Virus record (IMG/VR): IMGVR_UViG_3300045988_163643
Span: 32,001-96,000 of that record
DNA: 64,000 nt
Strand: one strand, 5' to 3'
Origin: a virus
The notes beneath the pieces are model-generated. The model made no database searches, had not been told where the DNA came from, and worked only from the letters and a program-made list of their open reading frames with translations. Position numbers and translations under genes: made by a program. Shown one piece after another: positions 43,043-52,261 of the stretch; the first letter of the stretch is position 1, and each line of letters begins with the position of its first letter.

Positions 43043-43153
43043 ATAATCACCTTCTTATTTTATTTGTTATATATATTATATATTATATTATATATATTGT
43101 CAACATAATATTAAAAAATATAGAGAAAAAATTTCTCTATATTTTTCGTGAAC

Positions 43154-43993
43154 TTATGCTAATTGTTGTAAATCAGTTTTATTTATTTCTATTTTTAAAA
43201 TTTTACTTAATGCCATTATGCCTTTAGGAGTGATTTTAAGATTGCTATAATTATGACCTTCTTTCTCTCCGACTAGTATTTTAAACCATGTTTTATCAAC
43301 TTCAGAATAGGGAAGCCAATTTTTGCCTTGCTTGAATATAATTCTATTTTCGTTTAATACTTTGTTAAATTGCTGAGCAGATTTAAATTTAAATAATTTG
43401 GCAACTTGAGTTGATGTATATAATCCATTGCTATTCATAAAATCATCATACCAATTTACTTTTGGTTTTTGTATTTCTATTGTTTCAAGTAGTGGTTTTT
43501 TTTCTAGTTCTGCTAGTTGTTTAGATGCTACTACTCCTTCTTGTCCACCATTATAAATGTCTAATAATAATTTGGCTTTTAATTGTTCATCAGAATTTAT
43601 TACTTCTCTCATTGCAAAATATTCTCTTCTTAATTGTTTTCTTATTTCTTTTGCTTTTTCAGTTTTCATAAAACCAACTAATAACATATATCCTTGTTCA
43701 GATAATAAATAAATATTTTTAGCTCTGTTTAAAGCATTTTGAGTATATAATCCGTTATGGAGAATCTCCATCTCGAAAACTGAATTCCCTTTTAAGTCTA
43801 ATAAATCAACGCCTGTTTCAAACTCGTCTATATGTTCATTTATTTTTCTGTTAATTTCTGATAATTCGGTTTTATGTATTTCAGATATTGTTTTAGCTAA
43901 TACAACCTTTTTGTCTTCACCAAACCCACCTTCTATAATAGGTATTTCTTTACCCATAAAATCTTGTGTGCCATTAATTTTTAATTTATTCAT
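43154..43993 (-). CDS. phage antirepressor (ORF6N-like N-domain plus KilAC C-domain)
   Basis: KKVVLAKTISEIHKTELSEINRKI and NGLYTSTQVAKLFKFKSAQQFNKVLNENRII. Start ATG 43993. Confidence 0.7.
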   Translation of the reverse strand: MNKLKINGTQDFMGKEIPIIEGGFGEDKKVVLAKTISEIHKTELSEINRKINEHIDEFETGVDLLDLKGNSVFEMEILHNGLYTQNALNRAKNIYLLSEQGYMLLVGFMKTEKAKEIRKQLRREYFAMREVINSDEQLKAKLLLDIYNGGQEGVVASKQLAELEKKPLLETIEIQKPKVNWYDDFMNSNGLYTSTQVAKLFKFKSAQQFNKVLNENRIIFKQGKNWLPYSEVDKTWFKILVGEKEGHNYSNLKITPKGIMALSKILKIEINKTDLQQLA

Positions 43994-44027
43994 ATTTACC
44001 AACTCCTTTTATTTCTTATTTACCTAT

Positions 44028-44056
44028 ATTATACTTATACCTTTATTAAAAGTCAA
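44028..44056 (-). promoter_or_regulatory. class I cassette promoter
   Basis: TTGACT-17-TATAAT. Confidence 0.65.
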
Positions 44057-44111
44057 TAAAAACCTAAAAATAAATTTTAGGTTTCCATAACTGAGGATAT
44101 TAAATATCCTC

Positions 44112-44510
44112 TTATTTTACTTTATGTCCATTGATGCTTATTGTATGAGTTTTACCTTTATTATCTATTCCTTTTACTACTACTTTATAAGTTCTATATT
44201 CTTTTAAGTCTTTTTCTATATTTGTTCCATGTAATTTGTTAGCTACTTGTTTTACTATCTTTTTAGTTTTAGAACTACTTAGGTTACTTCTAAATTTAAC
44301 TACATATTGTTTACTATTCATTCTTAAGTTATAACTTGTAATTCCAAAATATTTTAATACTTCTTTATTTTCTCTTTTTTCTATACTGTCAAGTGTTATG
44401 TAAGTTCTTCCTTTAGTTCCTTGAATTACTTTTGCTTGTGTCATACAAGGTACACTTATTAATATACTTGTTACCATAGCAAATACTAAACCTTTAATTA
44501 ATTTTTTCAT
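44112..44510 (-). CDS. secreted hypothetical protein
   Basis: 132-aa ORF with signal peptide MKKLIKGLVFAMVTSILISVPCMTQA. Confidence 0.6.
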   Translation of the reverse strand: MKKLIKGLVFAMVTSILISVPCMTQAKVIQGTKGRTYITLDSIEKRENKEVLKYFGITSYNLRMNSKQYVVKFRSNLSSSKTKKIVKQVANKLHGTNIEKDLKEYRTYKVVVKGIDNKGKTHTISINGHKVK

Positions 44511-44572
44511 AAAAACAACACTCCTTTTTATTTTTAATTATATTTTTCACCCTTTGAGGTGATAACTGAGGA

Positions 44573-44797
44573 TTATGCAATCCTCTTAAAATAGAAGTTG
44601 AAGTTAATTCTATTAATGTCGTCATGTATTATGTCGTCATTGACTTTTACCCATTCAGCTGATACACTATTTAATAAATCTTCTATTCCTTCATTGAAAT
44701 AATTTAAGTAAAAATCATCAAATTTAATCGCATTCATGTCTAGTTCTCTATTGTCGGAAAACATATTATTTTTTGGTTCTATTGTTAATAGTAACAT
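44573..44797 (-). CDS. hypothetical protein
   Basis: 74-aa ORF with AAGGGAG SD. Stop sits inside a cassette hairpin. Confidence 0.5.
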   Translation of the reverse strand: MLLLTIEPKNNMFSDNRELDMNAIKFDDFYLNYFNEGIEDLLNSVSAEWVKVNDDIIHDDINRINFNFYFKRIA

Positions 44798-44832
44798 TAT
44801 ACCAACTCCCTTTTATTTATCTTTATATTATC

Positions 44833-44861
44833 ATTATATACTAGTATTTATATATTGTCAA
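44833..44861 (-). promoter_or_regulatory. class II cassette promoter
   Basis: TTGACA-17-TATAAT. Confidence 0.65.
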
Positions 44862-44923
44862 TAGAAAACCTAAAAATAATTTTTATTTTTAGGTTTCAGT
44901 AACTGAGGATATTAAATATCCTC

Positions 44924-45178
44924 TTAATACCATTTACCATACCTGCTTTCATATTCAACTAGTGTTATTATACTAAAATCAATCTCTGAATCTACTTCTG
45001 ATATTTCAACTATATAAGGTTTTCTATTGATAAAAACTTTTGTATCTGAAACATATTTTATATTGTCTAAAACCTTTTTTAAATTTTGTTTATTAAGTTT
45101 ATCTAGTATATTATCATATATACCTAATGTATACCCTTCACTTTTTATTTTATTTATTATAACCTCTTTATTTTTCAT
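44924..45178 (-). CDS. hypothetical protein
   Basis: 84-aa ORF with AGGAGGA SD. Confidence 0.55.
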   Translation of the reverse strand: MKNKEVIINKIKSEGYTLGIYDNILDKLNKQNLKKVLDNIKYVSDTKVFINRKPYIVEISEVDSEIDFSIITLVEYESRYGKWY

Positions 45179-45213
45179 TTTTTAAAATCCTCCTAATTAA
45201 TTTTTATACTATA

Positions 45214-45242
45214 ATTATATCATAGTACTTATCTATTGTCAA
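45214..45242 (-). promoter_or_regulatory. class II cassette promoter
   Basis: TTGACA-17-TATAAT. Confidence 0.65.
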
Positions 45243-45290
45243 GTAAAAATTTAAATTTTATTTTTAAATTTTCATAACTGAGGATTATAA

Positions 45291-45710
45291 TTAATCCTCT
45301 AAAGATATCAATATTTGTTTGAATATATTATTATCATTTAAATCTTTTATTATATTCTTTAAGTTATCATTTTTATTGCTATCTCTTACTATTAATTCTA
45401 TGTCTTCTTCTATGTAGTCAATAGAATCATAAACATATTCTTCATAGTCATATTGTGTATAACTTATTAATTCTCCATTGTCATTAAAATGGAATAAATC
45501 ATCATTAGAATTAAAGTTACCTTTTTCAACTTGTTCTATTAATTCTAATGGGTCTAGTTCTTCCATTAATTCATTGAATTCTTCTATGTCATGAACCATT
45601 AACCAATCTAAGTAAAAACTATTATAACTTATAACTTCAACAAGTTCTAATAAATCAGTATAATTATTTCTATCCTCTAAAGTTTTTCTTAAAGATTCAA
45701 ATTTATTCAT
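45291..45710 (-). CDS. strongly acidic hypothetical protein (DNA-mimic candidate)
   Basis: 139-aa ORF. About a quarter of residues are D/E by my count. Ends ..SLED with the stop in a cassette hairpin. Confidence 0.55.
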   Translation of the reverse strand: MNKFESLRKTLEDRNNYTDLLELVEVISYNSFYLDWLMVHDIEEFNELMEELDPLELIEQVEKGNFNSNDDLFHFNDNGELISYTQYDYEEYVYDSIDYIEEDIELIVRDSNKNDNLKNIIKDLNDNNIFKQILISLED

Positions 45711-45759
45711 AATAACAACTCCCTTTTATTTATTTTTTTTATTTATCTTTATACTATGT

Positions 45760-45788
45760 ATTATATACTAGTGATTATATTATGTCAA
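45760..45788 (-). promoter_or_regulatory. class II cassette promoter
   Basis: TTGACA-17-TATAAT. Confidence 0.65.
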
Positions 45789-45869
45789 GTGAAAATCTAA
45801 ATTTTATTTTTAAATTTTCATAAAAGTATTTGACTTTCAGTAACTGAGAATATAAAATTATATTCTCTT

Positions 45870-46199
45870 TTATATATTTAAAAATTCATTATCTTCTAAC
45901 ATTGTTACTTTATAATCATAATATTTTTTTATGACATCAATATCTTTTTCATCATATGCTATTATATAAGTATTACCTTCTACTTCTGCAACTTCTCCAA
46001 TGATAAAATTATTAAATCGTTCCAATGTTAAATCTTCCAATACAGAATCATCTTCTTCAAATAATTTTTCTTTTTCTTTTTCATCTTTTGCTAATAAATC
46101 AACTAAACATTCAAAATGTAAACTATTTTCTATGAGTTTTCCATTAGCTATGACAAAAGCATTTTTTCTATATAATTCATAATCATATTCTATTTTCAT
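45870..46199 (-). CDS. hypothetical acidic protein
   Basis: Start ATG 46199, 9 nt after AAAGGGGA. Confidence 0.55.
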   Translation of the reverse strand: MKIEYDYELYRKNAFVIANGKLIENSLHFECLVDLLAKDEKEKEKLFEEDDSVLEDLTLERFNNFIIGEVAEVEGNTYIIAYDEKDIDVIKKYYDYKVTMLEDNEFLNI

Positions 46200-46235
46200 A
46201 TTTATCAATCCCCTTTTATTTATCTTTATACTATG

Positions 46236-46264
46236 ATTATATATAGATAATTATATATTGTCAA
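46236..46264 (-). promoter_or_regulatory. class II cassette promoter
   Basis: TTGACA-17-TATAAT. Confidence 0.65.
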
Positions 46265-46278
46265 TAGAAAATAAAAAA

Positions 46279-46304
46279 ATCCATATATTTTTACATATAT
46301 GGAT
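46279..46304 (-). terminator. intrinsic terminator
   Basis: ATCCATATAT/ATATATGGAT stem plus a U-run. Confidence 0.7.
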
Positions 46305-46314
46305 TTTAAATATT

Positions 46315-47247
46315 TTATTTAAAATAATAATTCATATTATTTACAATTAAATCGGTAACATATAATAAGCCTTTTTTAGTTATGTAGATACCCTTAGAAT
46401 TATTATTTTTTTCATACATAAATAAATTTTTCTTTTTATTTCTATCTGTTAACCTTTCACTTGTTTTAAATTGCTTTTGTTTTATCATAAATTTATTAAA
46501 TAATGTTATCCCTATTTTCTTATGATAAAATTCATATTTATTAAATAAGTCTATATATTCTTTTTTACTCATAGTTGTATTATCATCTAAACTATTTAAA
46601 TAGGTTTTAAACTTATCTAAGTTAGTTATATTAATTATTGTTACATCATTATTTTTAGTGGTTAGATTTTTAGAGTTCTTATTTAAATCATCAATTTTAT
46701 CAGATAAATCTTTTATTATTTTAGATAATTCATTTATTGTTTTATTTTGTTCTTCTATTTTATTGAATAATTCTGTATTGTTTATTATTAGTGTTTCATT
46801 ATCAGAATTTTCATTTAAAATTATGCTAAGTATTTTACCTCTTATTTCTTGAGCAACTTTACTATCTCTTAATAACATAGCTATATTTAAAAAACATCTT
46901 TTATTTACTAATGTATTACTTTTATTGGCAAATCTTCTATCATCTGATATAAAATAACCTCTGTAGTTAGTAAGGAGTATTTTGTTCTCTACTAAAATTT
47001 TTCTTGTTTTATTGCCATTTAATATTAATAAACCATTATTAATTAATTCTTCTTTATGTCTTTGTATTAATCTTTTTATGCAATCATAATCGACTTCAAA
47101 ATATTCAGCCACTCTGTCAAGTGTTTCATATTCCATATTATTAATTGTAGTTATAGTTTTATATTTATTCATTATATTTAAACTTTTATTGTTATTTAAT
47201 ATCTCTCGTCTTAATTCTTCTTTTTCTAAAATATCATTTAATACCAT
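46315..47247 (-). CDS. putative DNA-binding regulatory protein with coiled coil
   Basis: Start ATG 47247. N-terminal ETLDRVAEYFEVDYDCIKRLIQRHKEEL looks HTH-like. Confidence 0.5.
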   Translation of the reverse strand: MVLNDILEKEELRREILNNNKSLNIMNKYKTITTINNMEYETLDRVAEYFEVDYDCIKRLIQRHKEELINNGLLILNGNKTRKILVENKILLTNYRGYFISDDRRFANKSNTLVNKRCFLNIAMLLRDSKVAQEIRGKILSIILNENSDNETLIINNTELFNKIEEQNKTINELSKIIKDLSDKIDDLNKNSKNLTTKNNDVTIINITNLDKFKTYLNSLDDNTTMSKKEYIDLFNKYEFYHKKIGITLFNKFMIKQKQFKTSERLTDRNKKKNLFMYEKNNNSKGIYITKKGLLYVTDLIVNNMNYYFK

Positions 47248-47278
47248 TATTACCAACTCCTTTTATATATTTGCTTAT

Positions 47279-47307
47279 ATTATACTTAATGTTTTATTAA
47301 AAGTCAA
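47279..47307 (-). promoter_or_regulatory. class I cassette promoter
   Basis: TTGACT-17-TATAAT. Confidence 0.65.
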
Positions 47308-47626
47308 TAAATACTCATAAAAATATTTAATTTTCCATAAATATTTAGAGGTTTCCCTTTTTAAAAGGGAAAACAAAATATCTTTAGCTTTAATTAATGT
47401 TTTATTATATATTATTCCCTTCCCTTTTTAAAGGGAGGCAAAATATATTAACATAAAAATACTCATAAAAATATTTAATTTTCCATAAAAATATACTTCT
47501 CTAAGCTATTTAAATGGATTCTAAGGCAGTTGTAACTGTTCAATGGATAAGTTATTCATTGAACTACAAACTCATATTTAAAATTAACTTTTGTCAAATT
47601 TTGTCGATTAATACCAAATAAAAAAA

Positions 47627-47656
47627 CCCAAAGTTAAATTTAATTTTAACTTTGGG
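47627..47656 (-). terminator. intrinsic terminator
   Basis: 12-bp stem CCCAAAGTTAAA/TTTAACTTTGGG plus U7. Confidence 0.7.
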
Positions 47657-47671
47657 TTAACTGAGGATTAA

Positions 47672-48019
47672 TTAAAACCCTCTATTTGGGAAGGATAGAC
47701 TTCTACAGCCTATTATTCTTCCCTTTTCGTCACGTACTGATTGATTAACAAGTGCTAAATCAGTTCTAGTTTTACAAGCATTGGCAACCATAGCTGATAC
47801 AATTAATATAGTGTCGTCTTGTTGTGGAGGTAATCCTACAACATCACCAAAAGTATTATCAGTTATTGGAATTGATATTCCATTTACTAATAATGAACCA
47901 GCATCAGTTGTTGTTTGTGATACTCTTATAAGAGTGTTAGAAGATGGTACAGTAAGTATAATATTATTATCACTATCCATTATATTTATGTCATGTGGTG
48001 TACAGTTTAATATTTTCAT
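47672..48019 (-). CDS. hypothetical protein
   Basis: Track ORF 47672..48046 starts in the conserved leader. The true ATG 48019 follows TAGGAGGGTTTTATAT. Confidence 0.6.
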   Translation of the reverse strand: MKILNCTPHDINIMDSDNNIILTVPSSNTLIRVSQTTTDAGSLLVNGISIPITDNTFGDVVGLPPQQDDTILIVSAMVANACKTRTDLALVNQSVRDEKGRIIGCRSLSFPNRGF

Positions 48020-48062
48020 ATATAAAACCCTCCTAAATATTTTCATTTTTAAATTTAATTAT

Positions 48063-48118
48063 CATGAAAGTTTTTAACTTTCACGATTACTGAAGAAGAA
48101 ACTTATTTCCTTCTTCTT
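48063..48118 (-). other. paired stem-loop boundary cassette (hairpin2-CAGT-hairpin1), no U-tract
   Basis: hp1 48063-48085 (10 bp including a G-U pair valid only on the minus-strand RNA), ACTGA linker, hp2 48092-48118. Confidence 0.6.
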
Positions 48119-48135
48119 AAACTTCTATTTTATCC

Positions 48136-48459
48136 TTATAATTCAAAATATCCTTGTTGTATTCTTTCATTTAGAAGTTTTAAACCATCCGTTAATATTT
48201 TTTTACTTCTTGTGCTTCTTTTTAATACATTTACTTTTTTTATGTTGTCTATATTAGCCACATATATATCTCCATCAGCTTTTTTATATTCAAGTTTCAT
48301 ATAATGTTCATAAGTTCTTCCACAACGTTCTGCATATCTTATAGCATTCATTTTACCTTCAACTATTTGTCCATCTGTAAAAGTTATTTGTATTAAATCA
48401 CCTTTTTTTAATTCCATTTCGTATATATCTTTAACCATTTTATAAAATCTCTCTCTCAT
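48136..48459 (-). CDS. hypothetical protein
   Basis: 107-aa ORF with TAGGAGGG SD. Confidence 0.55.
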   Translation of the reverse strand: MRERFYKMVKDIYEMELKKGDLIQITFTDGQIVEGKMNAIRYAERCGRTYEHYMKLEYKKADGDIYVANIDNIKKVNVLKRSTRSKKILTDGLKLLNERIQQGYFEL

Positions 48460-48502
48460 AATATAAACCCTCCTAAAAATTTAATTTATATTTATTAACT
48501 AT

Positions 48503-48531
48503 ATAATAACATAGTGTTTATATAAAGTCAA
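48503..48531 (-). promoter_or_regulatory. class III cassette promoter
   Basis: TTGACTTTATATAA..-17-TATTAT. Confidence 0.55.
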
Positions 48532-48547
48532 TAAATATTTTAATTAT

Positions 48548-48595
48548 CATGAAAGTTTTTAACTTTCACGATAACTGAGGATTAATATAATCCTC
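48548..48595 (-). other. paired stem-loop boundary cassette
   Basis: hp1 48548-48570 is identical to 48063-48085. hp2 is GAGGATTAATATAATCCTC at 48577-48595. Confidence 0.6.
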
Positions 48596-48834
48596 TATAA
48601 ATAATATTTGTAATTAATTTTACTGTTATTATAACAAGCTTTAGCAGTTTTATAAGCTGATAAACTTCTACTTATATGTATACCAAAAGTTTTATTTGCT
48701 ATTTTAACCGCTTGATTAAGACTTAATATTTTGTTGTTTACTGCAAAGTATAAACAAGGATATAATGTAACTATTGCCCATTTATTACTCTTAGCATTAA
48801 CCTTTTTACCATTAACAATATATATTTTATTCAT
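48595..48834 (-). CDS. hypothetical protein
   Basis: Track ORF 48595..48861 starts in the conserved leader. True ATG is 48834. Confidence 0.55.
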   Translation of the reverse strand: MNKIYIVNGKKVNAKSNKWAIVTLYPCLYFAVNNKILSLNQAVKIANKTFGIHISRSLSAYKTAKACYNNSKINYKYYL

Positions 48835-48919
48835 ATATAAAACCCTCCTAAATATTTTCATTTTTCTAATTAATTTTCACAAAACCTTTTAACTTTCAGC
48901 AATAACTGAGGATTTATAA

Positions 48920-49099
48920 TTAATCCTCTACAAATATTTCTAAGATATCCTCTTTAAAATCCCACGCTTCAAGATGCTTATAGCTTACATTATGCTCTTT
49001 TGCCTCTTCTCCAACGTCTAAATCGGATATTCCTTTTATACTGTATCTATCTACTAAATTTTTAAATGTTTCAGTTACTTTAAATTGATATCTTTTCAT
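48920..49099 (-). CDS. hypothetical protein (59 aa)
   Basis: Hand-translated MKRYQFKVTETFKNLVDRYSIKGISDLDVGEEAKEHNVSYKHLEAWDFKEDILEIFVED with GGAGGA SD. One codon under the track cutoff. Confidence 0.55.
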   Translation of the reverse strand: MKRYQFKVTETFKNLVDRYSIKGISDLDVGEEAKEHNVSYKHLEAWDFKEDILEIFVED

Positions 49100-49148
49100 A
49101 ATATAAAATCCTCCTAAATTTTCATTTTTTTATTTAACTTTCATTTAT

Positions 49149-49177
49149 ATTATATATCAGCTTTTATATAAAGTCAA
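49149..49177 (-). promoter_or_regulatory. class III cassette promoter
   Basis: TTGACT-17-TATAAT. Confidence 0.6.
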
Positions 49178-49242
49178 TAAATGATATAAATGAAATTCCA
49201 AAGTTAGATTTAATTTTAACTTTGGAAATAACTGAAAAAGGA

Positions 49243-49509
49243 TTAATAAGTTAAAAATCCCTTTTCTTTATAACTTGTCATTTTAAAACCTAATTTTTCA
49301 TTTAATGTTTCTATATTGTCTAATATAAAAATTTTATCATTATGATTTAAATAAGATATTTCATACTCTTTTTCATTGTTTATACTCCAAGATAATATTA
49401 TATTATGTTCTTCCAGAGCATTTAATATAATATTAATATCCTTATAATCCTTTTCCTCTGCATAAAATACTTTTAAGTCTATTTTATTTATATTTATTTC
49501 TTTTTTCAT
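49243..49509 (-). CDS. hypothetical protein
   Basis: 88-aa ORF with TAGGAGGG SD. Confidence 0.55.
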   Translation of the reverse strand: MKKEININKIDLKVFYAEEKDYKDINIILNALEEHNIILSWSINNEKEYEISYLNHNDKIFILDNIETLNEKLGFKMTSYKEKGFLTY

Positions 49510-49587
49510 ATATAACCCTCCTAAATAATTTCATTTTTTTAATTAATTTTCACAAAAGTTTTTAATTTTTGCTAACTGAGGATTATA

Positions 49588-49953
49588 TTAATCCTCTTCT
49601 ATTATTTCTTCATATTCTGCAATTGTAACTTCATTGTATATTTCATTTACCATGTACTCAAAAGCTAACCAACTTAGGTTATTAGCATCTACTTCAAAGT
49701 TAGGACTTAAGTTGTCTTTTACATTATTATATATTTCAAATATTTCTTCCATATGTTTAATAAAAAAGCATTTAGTTTCAGATAAGTAAATTAACTCTGA
49801 AACCATACCACTTGAACAACCATATTGAAGAACTTCTTCTAAAAATGCCATTGGATTTTCATAATCATCAATATGATTAAGAATTATATCAATAACATTA
49901 TCCTTTAGTTCGTTTTCTCCATACATATTTTCTAAAAAAGTATTTAATTTCAT
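49588..49953 (-). CDS. acidic protein, paralog family A
   Basis: 121 aa. About 70 percent identical by eye to 53777..54133 (LYGE.ELKD.VIDIILN..YGC.SG...ELIY..ETKCFFIKH.EEIF.IYN). Confidence 0.6.
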   Translation of the reverse strand: MKLNTFLENMYGENELKDNVIDIILNHIDDYENPMAFLEEVLQYGCSSGMVSELIYLSETKCFFIKHMEEIFEIYNNVKDNLSPNFEVDANNLSWLAFEYMVNEIYNEVTIAEYEEIIEED

Positions 49954-49994
49954 ATAAAACCCTCCTAAATATTTTCATTTTTTTATTTAATTTT

Positions 49995-50043
49995 CATAAA
50001 AGTAATTAACTTCTATGAGCAACTGAGGATTATATTAATCCTC
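49995..50043 (-). other. paired stem-loop boundary cassette
   Basis: hp1 49995-50017 (9 bp with a G-U pair on the minus RNA). hp2 50025-50043 is identical to 49578-49596. Confidence 0.6.
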
Positions 50044-50385
50044 TATGCTATACGCCATGCACATATTAAAATCATCTTTACTGAAATCTATTATTATAAA
50101 ACTACCATTTTTATTATTATGTTTATACCATGTTGTGCCTGTTAGTCCATTTAGCCATGATTTTTTACCTTTTTTTTCGCCTTCTAATATTTCAAATACT
50201 ACTTCATTGTTACTGTATCGAATTCCTTTTCTCTTGCATATGTTTTTAGTTAATGAAACATATTTTTCATTTTCCATATTTAATAAACTTTCAGCTTTTT
50301 CTAGGTTAACATATCCATTTAAAACTAATTTTGATATACTCTCTCTTAATTCTATCATACCTTGTTTTTTAGTTATTTTATTCAT
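50035..50385 (-). CDS. hypothetical protein
   Basis: 116-aa ORF with TAGGAGGG SD. Confidence 0.55.
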   Translation of the reverse strand: MNKITKKQGMIELRESISKLVLNGYVNLEKAESLLNMENEKYVSLTKNICKRKGIRYSNNEVVFEILEGEKKGKKSWLNGLTGTTWYKHNNKNGSFIIIDFSKDDFNMCMAYSIED

Positions 50386-50419
50386 ATTATACCCTCCTAA
50401 AATTTTAATTATTAACTAT

Positions 50420-50447
50420 ATTATAGTTTAAGAGCTATATAAAGTCA
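50420..50447 (-). promoter_or_regulatory. class III cassette promoter
   Basis: TTGACT-16-TATAAT. Confidence 0.55.
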
Positions 50448-50466
50448 ATAAATATTTTAATTTTCA

Positions 50467-50514
50467 TGAAAGTTTTTAACTTTCAGGAATAACTGAGGAT
50501 TAATTAAAACCCTC
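50467..50514 (-). other. paired stem-loop boundary cassette
   Basis: hp1 50467-50485. hp2 50495-50514 has the same sequence as 47663-47682. Confidence 0.6.
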
Positions 50515-50532
50515 TATATTAGATAATACTAT

Positions 50533-50730
50533 TTAAAAGTTTACATTTATAACCTTATATTCTAGTATTAAACCTTTTCTACTTGTTATTTCAGCATGTA
50601 CTTTATAACCTTTTCTCTCTATTATAAAGCTTTTAGAAAAATTACTATCTTTAGTTTTTCCACTCATAGAAATTAACTTGAAACCGTCATTTTGTAATTC
50701 TTTAAAAAAATCATTTTCTTTCATTATCAT
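50533..50730 (-). CDS. hypothetical protein
   Basis: 65-aa ORF with TAGGAGGG SD. Confidence 0.5.
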   Translation of the reverse strand: MIMKENDFFKELQNDGFKLISMSGKTKDSNFSKSFIIERKGYKVHAEITSRKGLILEYKVINVNF

Positions 50731-50763
50731 ATTATACCCTCCTAAATTTTATTTATTAACTAT

Positions 50764-50792
50764 ATTATAATATAATGCTTATATAAAGTCAA
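50764..50792 (-). promoter_or_regulatory. class III cassette promoter
   Basis: TTGACT-17-TATAAT. Confidence 0.6.
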
Positions 50793-50846
50793 TAAATATT
50801 TTAATTCTCATGAAAAATTTTAACTCTGAGCAACTGAAGAAGGATT

Positions 50847-51182
50847 TTATTTTCCTTCTTCTACTTCTTTATTAAATAAGCTTTTTATTTTTTTAGAAAA
50901 CTTTTTATCCTTTGTCACGTCATAAAATCTAAATTCATTATAAAAAGTATATTCTTTTATAGCTTCTAAATGCGAATTAATCGCTTGAGTTGTAGAACTT
51001 GTATCATAATTACAATTATCAACTATTATTTTATTTTCAAGAGTATCAATAATCATAATGATATTTCCATGATATGTTAAATAGTAACTATCTTGAAGTT
51101 TTTCCATTTTATGATTACCTACTTTAATCATAATATCACCATTCATAATAGATTTAAATATTTTTTCACTATATTTTCTCAT
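50847..51182 (-). CDS. hypothetical protein
   Basis: 111-aa ORF. Ends EEGK with the stop in a hairpin loop. Confidence 0.55.
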   Translation of the reverse strand: MRKYSEKIFKSIMNGDIMIKVGNHKMEKLQDSYYLTYHGNIIMIIDTLENKIIVDNCNYDTSSTTQAINSHLEAIKEYTFYNEFRFYDVTKDKKFSKKIKSLFNKEVEEGK

Positions 51183-51218
51183 AATAAAAACCCTCCTAAA
51201 TATTCATTTATTAACTTC

Positions 51219-51247
51219 ATTGTAACATAATGTTTATATAAAGTCAA
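51219..51247 (-). promoter_or_regulatory. class III cassette promoter
   Basis: TTGACT-17-TACAAT. Confidence 0.6.
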
Positions 51248-51304
51248 TAAATATTTTAATTTTTACCAAAAGTTTTTTAAACTTTCAGTTACTGAAGAAG
51301 GATT

Positions 51305-51523
51305 TTATTTTCCTTCTTCTAATTTTTCATTTATATTATTCAACCAATCAAATATTTTGTCTTGTTGGTCGTATAAATCATTATTGAAAGGGTACTGCTC
51401 TGTAATTAATTCATTTATATTAATATTGTTTTCCCTTTCAGCTTTTTCTAATTGCATTGTAAAAATATATAAACTTTCCTTCAATTCTGAAATACTATTC
51501 ATTAATTCTTTTTTATTTTTCAT
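51305..51523 (-). CDS. hypothetical protein
   Basis: 72-aa ORF. Ends EEGK with the stop in a hairpin loop. Confidence 0.5.
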   Translation of the reverse strand: MKNKKELMNSISELKESLYIFTMQLEKAERENNININELITEQYPFNNDLYDQQDKIFDWLNNINEKLEEGK

Positions 51524-51556
51524 ATTATACCCTCCTAAAACTCATTTATTAACTTT

Positions 51557-51585
51557 ATTGTAGTATAACTATTATATAAAGTCAA
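51557..51585 (-). promoter_or_regulatory. class III cassette promoter
   Basis: TTGACT-17-TACAAT. Confidence 0.6.
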
Positions 51586-51602
51586 TAAATATTTTAATTT
51601 TC

Positions 51603-51654
51603 ACAAAAGTTTTTTTAACTTTTGTTACTGAAAAAGAGAATTAATTCTCTTTTT
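51603..51654 (-). other. paired stem-loop boundary cassette
   Basis: hp1 ACAAAAGTT/AACTTTTGT at 51603-51625. hp2 at 51631-51654. Confidence 0.6.
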
Positions 51655-51961
51655 CTTTTCTAAAACGGAATTCAATTATATTTTTATCTCTATGATTTTT
51701 TATTAGATTTATTTCAGCTTCAGCTTGTTGGTCGTTGTCATACATGAATAACTTGTCAATGTCTGTTCTGTGGTTTAAACAATAAACTAAAAAACCGACT
51801 CTTGTTGCACCTTCATATTGAAAATAAATTAATTCATTTTCAAGATTAATTCTAACTTTAGTTATCCATATTTTTTCATTTATTTTCTTTTCATATTTTA
51901 TCATGTCGATTATTTTATCCATATTCTTTAATAATTCACTTCTTATTTCTTTTTTATTCAT
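51641..51961 (-). CDS. hypothetical protein
   Basis: Track ORF 51641..51991 starts in the leader. True ATG is 51961 after TAGGAGGGTTTTGT. Confidence 0.55.
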   Translation of the reverse strand: MNKKEIRSELLKNMDKIIDMIKYEKKINEKIWITKVRINLENELIYFQYEGATRVGFLVYCLNHRTDIDKLFMYDNDQQAEAEINLIKNHRDKNIIEFRFRKEKEN

Positions 51962-51988
51962 ACAAAACCCTCCTAAAAATTTCATTTT

Positions 51989-52046
51989 CAAGATTAATTT
52001 TAATTTTAATCTTGTAACTGAAAAGGGGAAACTTAATTCCCCTTTT
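51989..52046 (-). other. paired stem-loop boundary cassette
   Basis: hp1 CAAGATTAA/TTAATCTTG at 51989-52014. hp2 AAAAGGGGAA/TTCCCCTTTT at 52021-52046. Confidence 0.6.
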
Positions 52047-52047
52047 C

Positions 52048-52230
52048 TTAAAGTGTATCTAAAAAATCATTAACCATTGTAACTTCTTCAGGAGATAATA
52101 ATATCTCCATATGGCAATAATTAGAGTTAATATAACTATTTTCAAAAGTTATATTAATTTCATGTAAAAAGTTCATTAATAAATTAGCTTCTTTTTTACT
52201 TAATTCAATATTATAATATTTTTTATTCAT
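52048..52230 (-). CDS. hypothetical protein
   Basis: 60-aa ORF with TAGGAGGG SD. Confidence 0.5.
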   Translation of the reverse strand: MNKKYYNIELSKKEANLLMNFLHEINITFENSYINSNYCHMEILLSPEEVTMVNDFLDTL

Positions 52231-52261
52231 ATATAAAACCCTCCTAAAATTTTAATTATTA

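Noticed and set aside
48020-48046. Shared N-terminus MKIFRRVLYM of track ORFs 47672..48046 and 48595..48861, and MKMKFLGGFC of 51641..51991.
   Set aside because: These codons are the conserved cassette leader itself (ATGAAAATATTTAGGAGGGTTTTATAT). The SD is being read as Arg-Arg. The real start is the ATG right after it.
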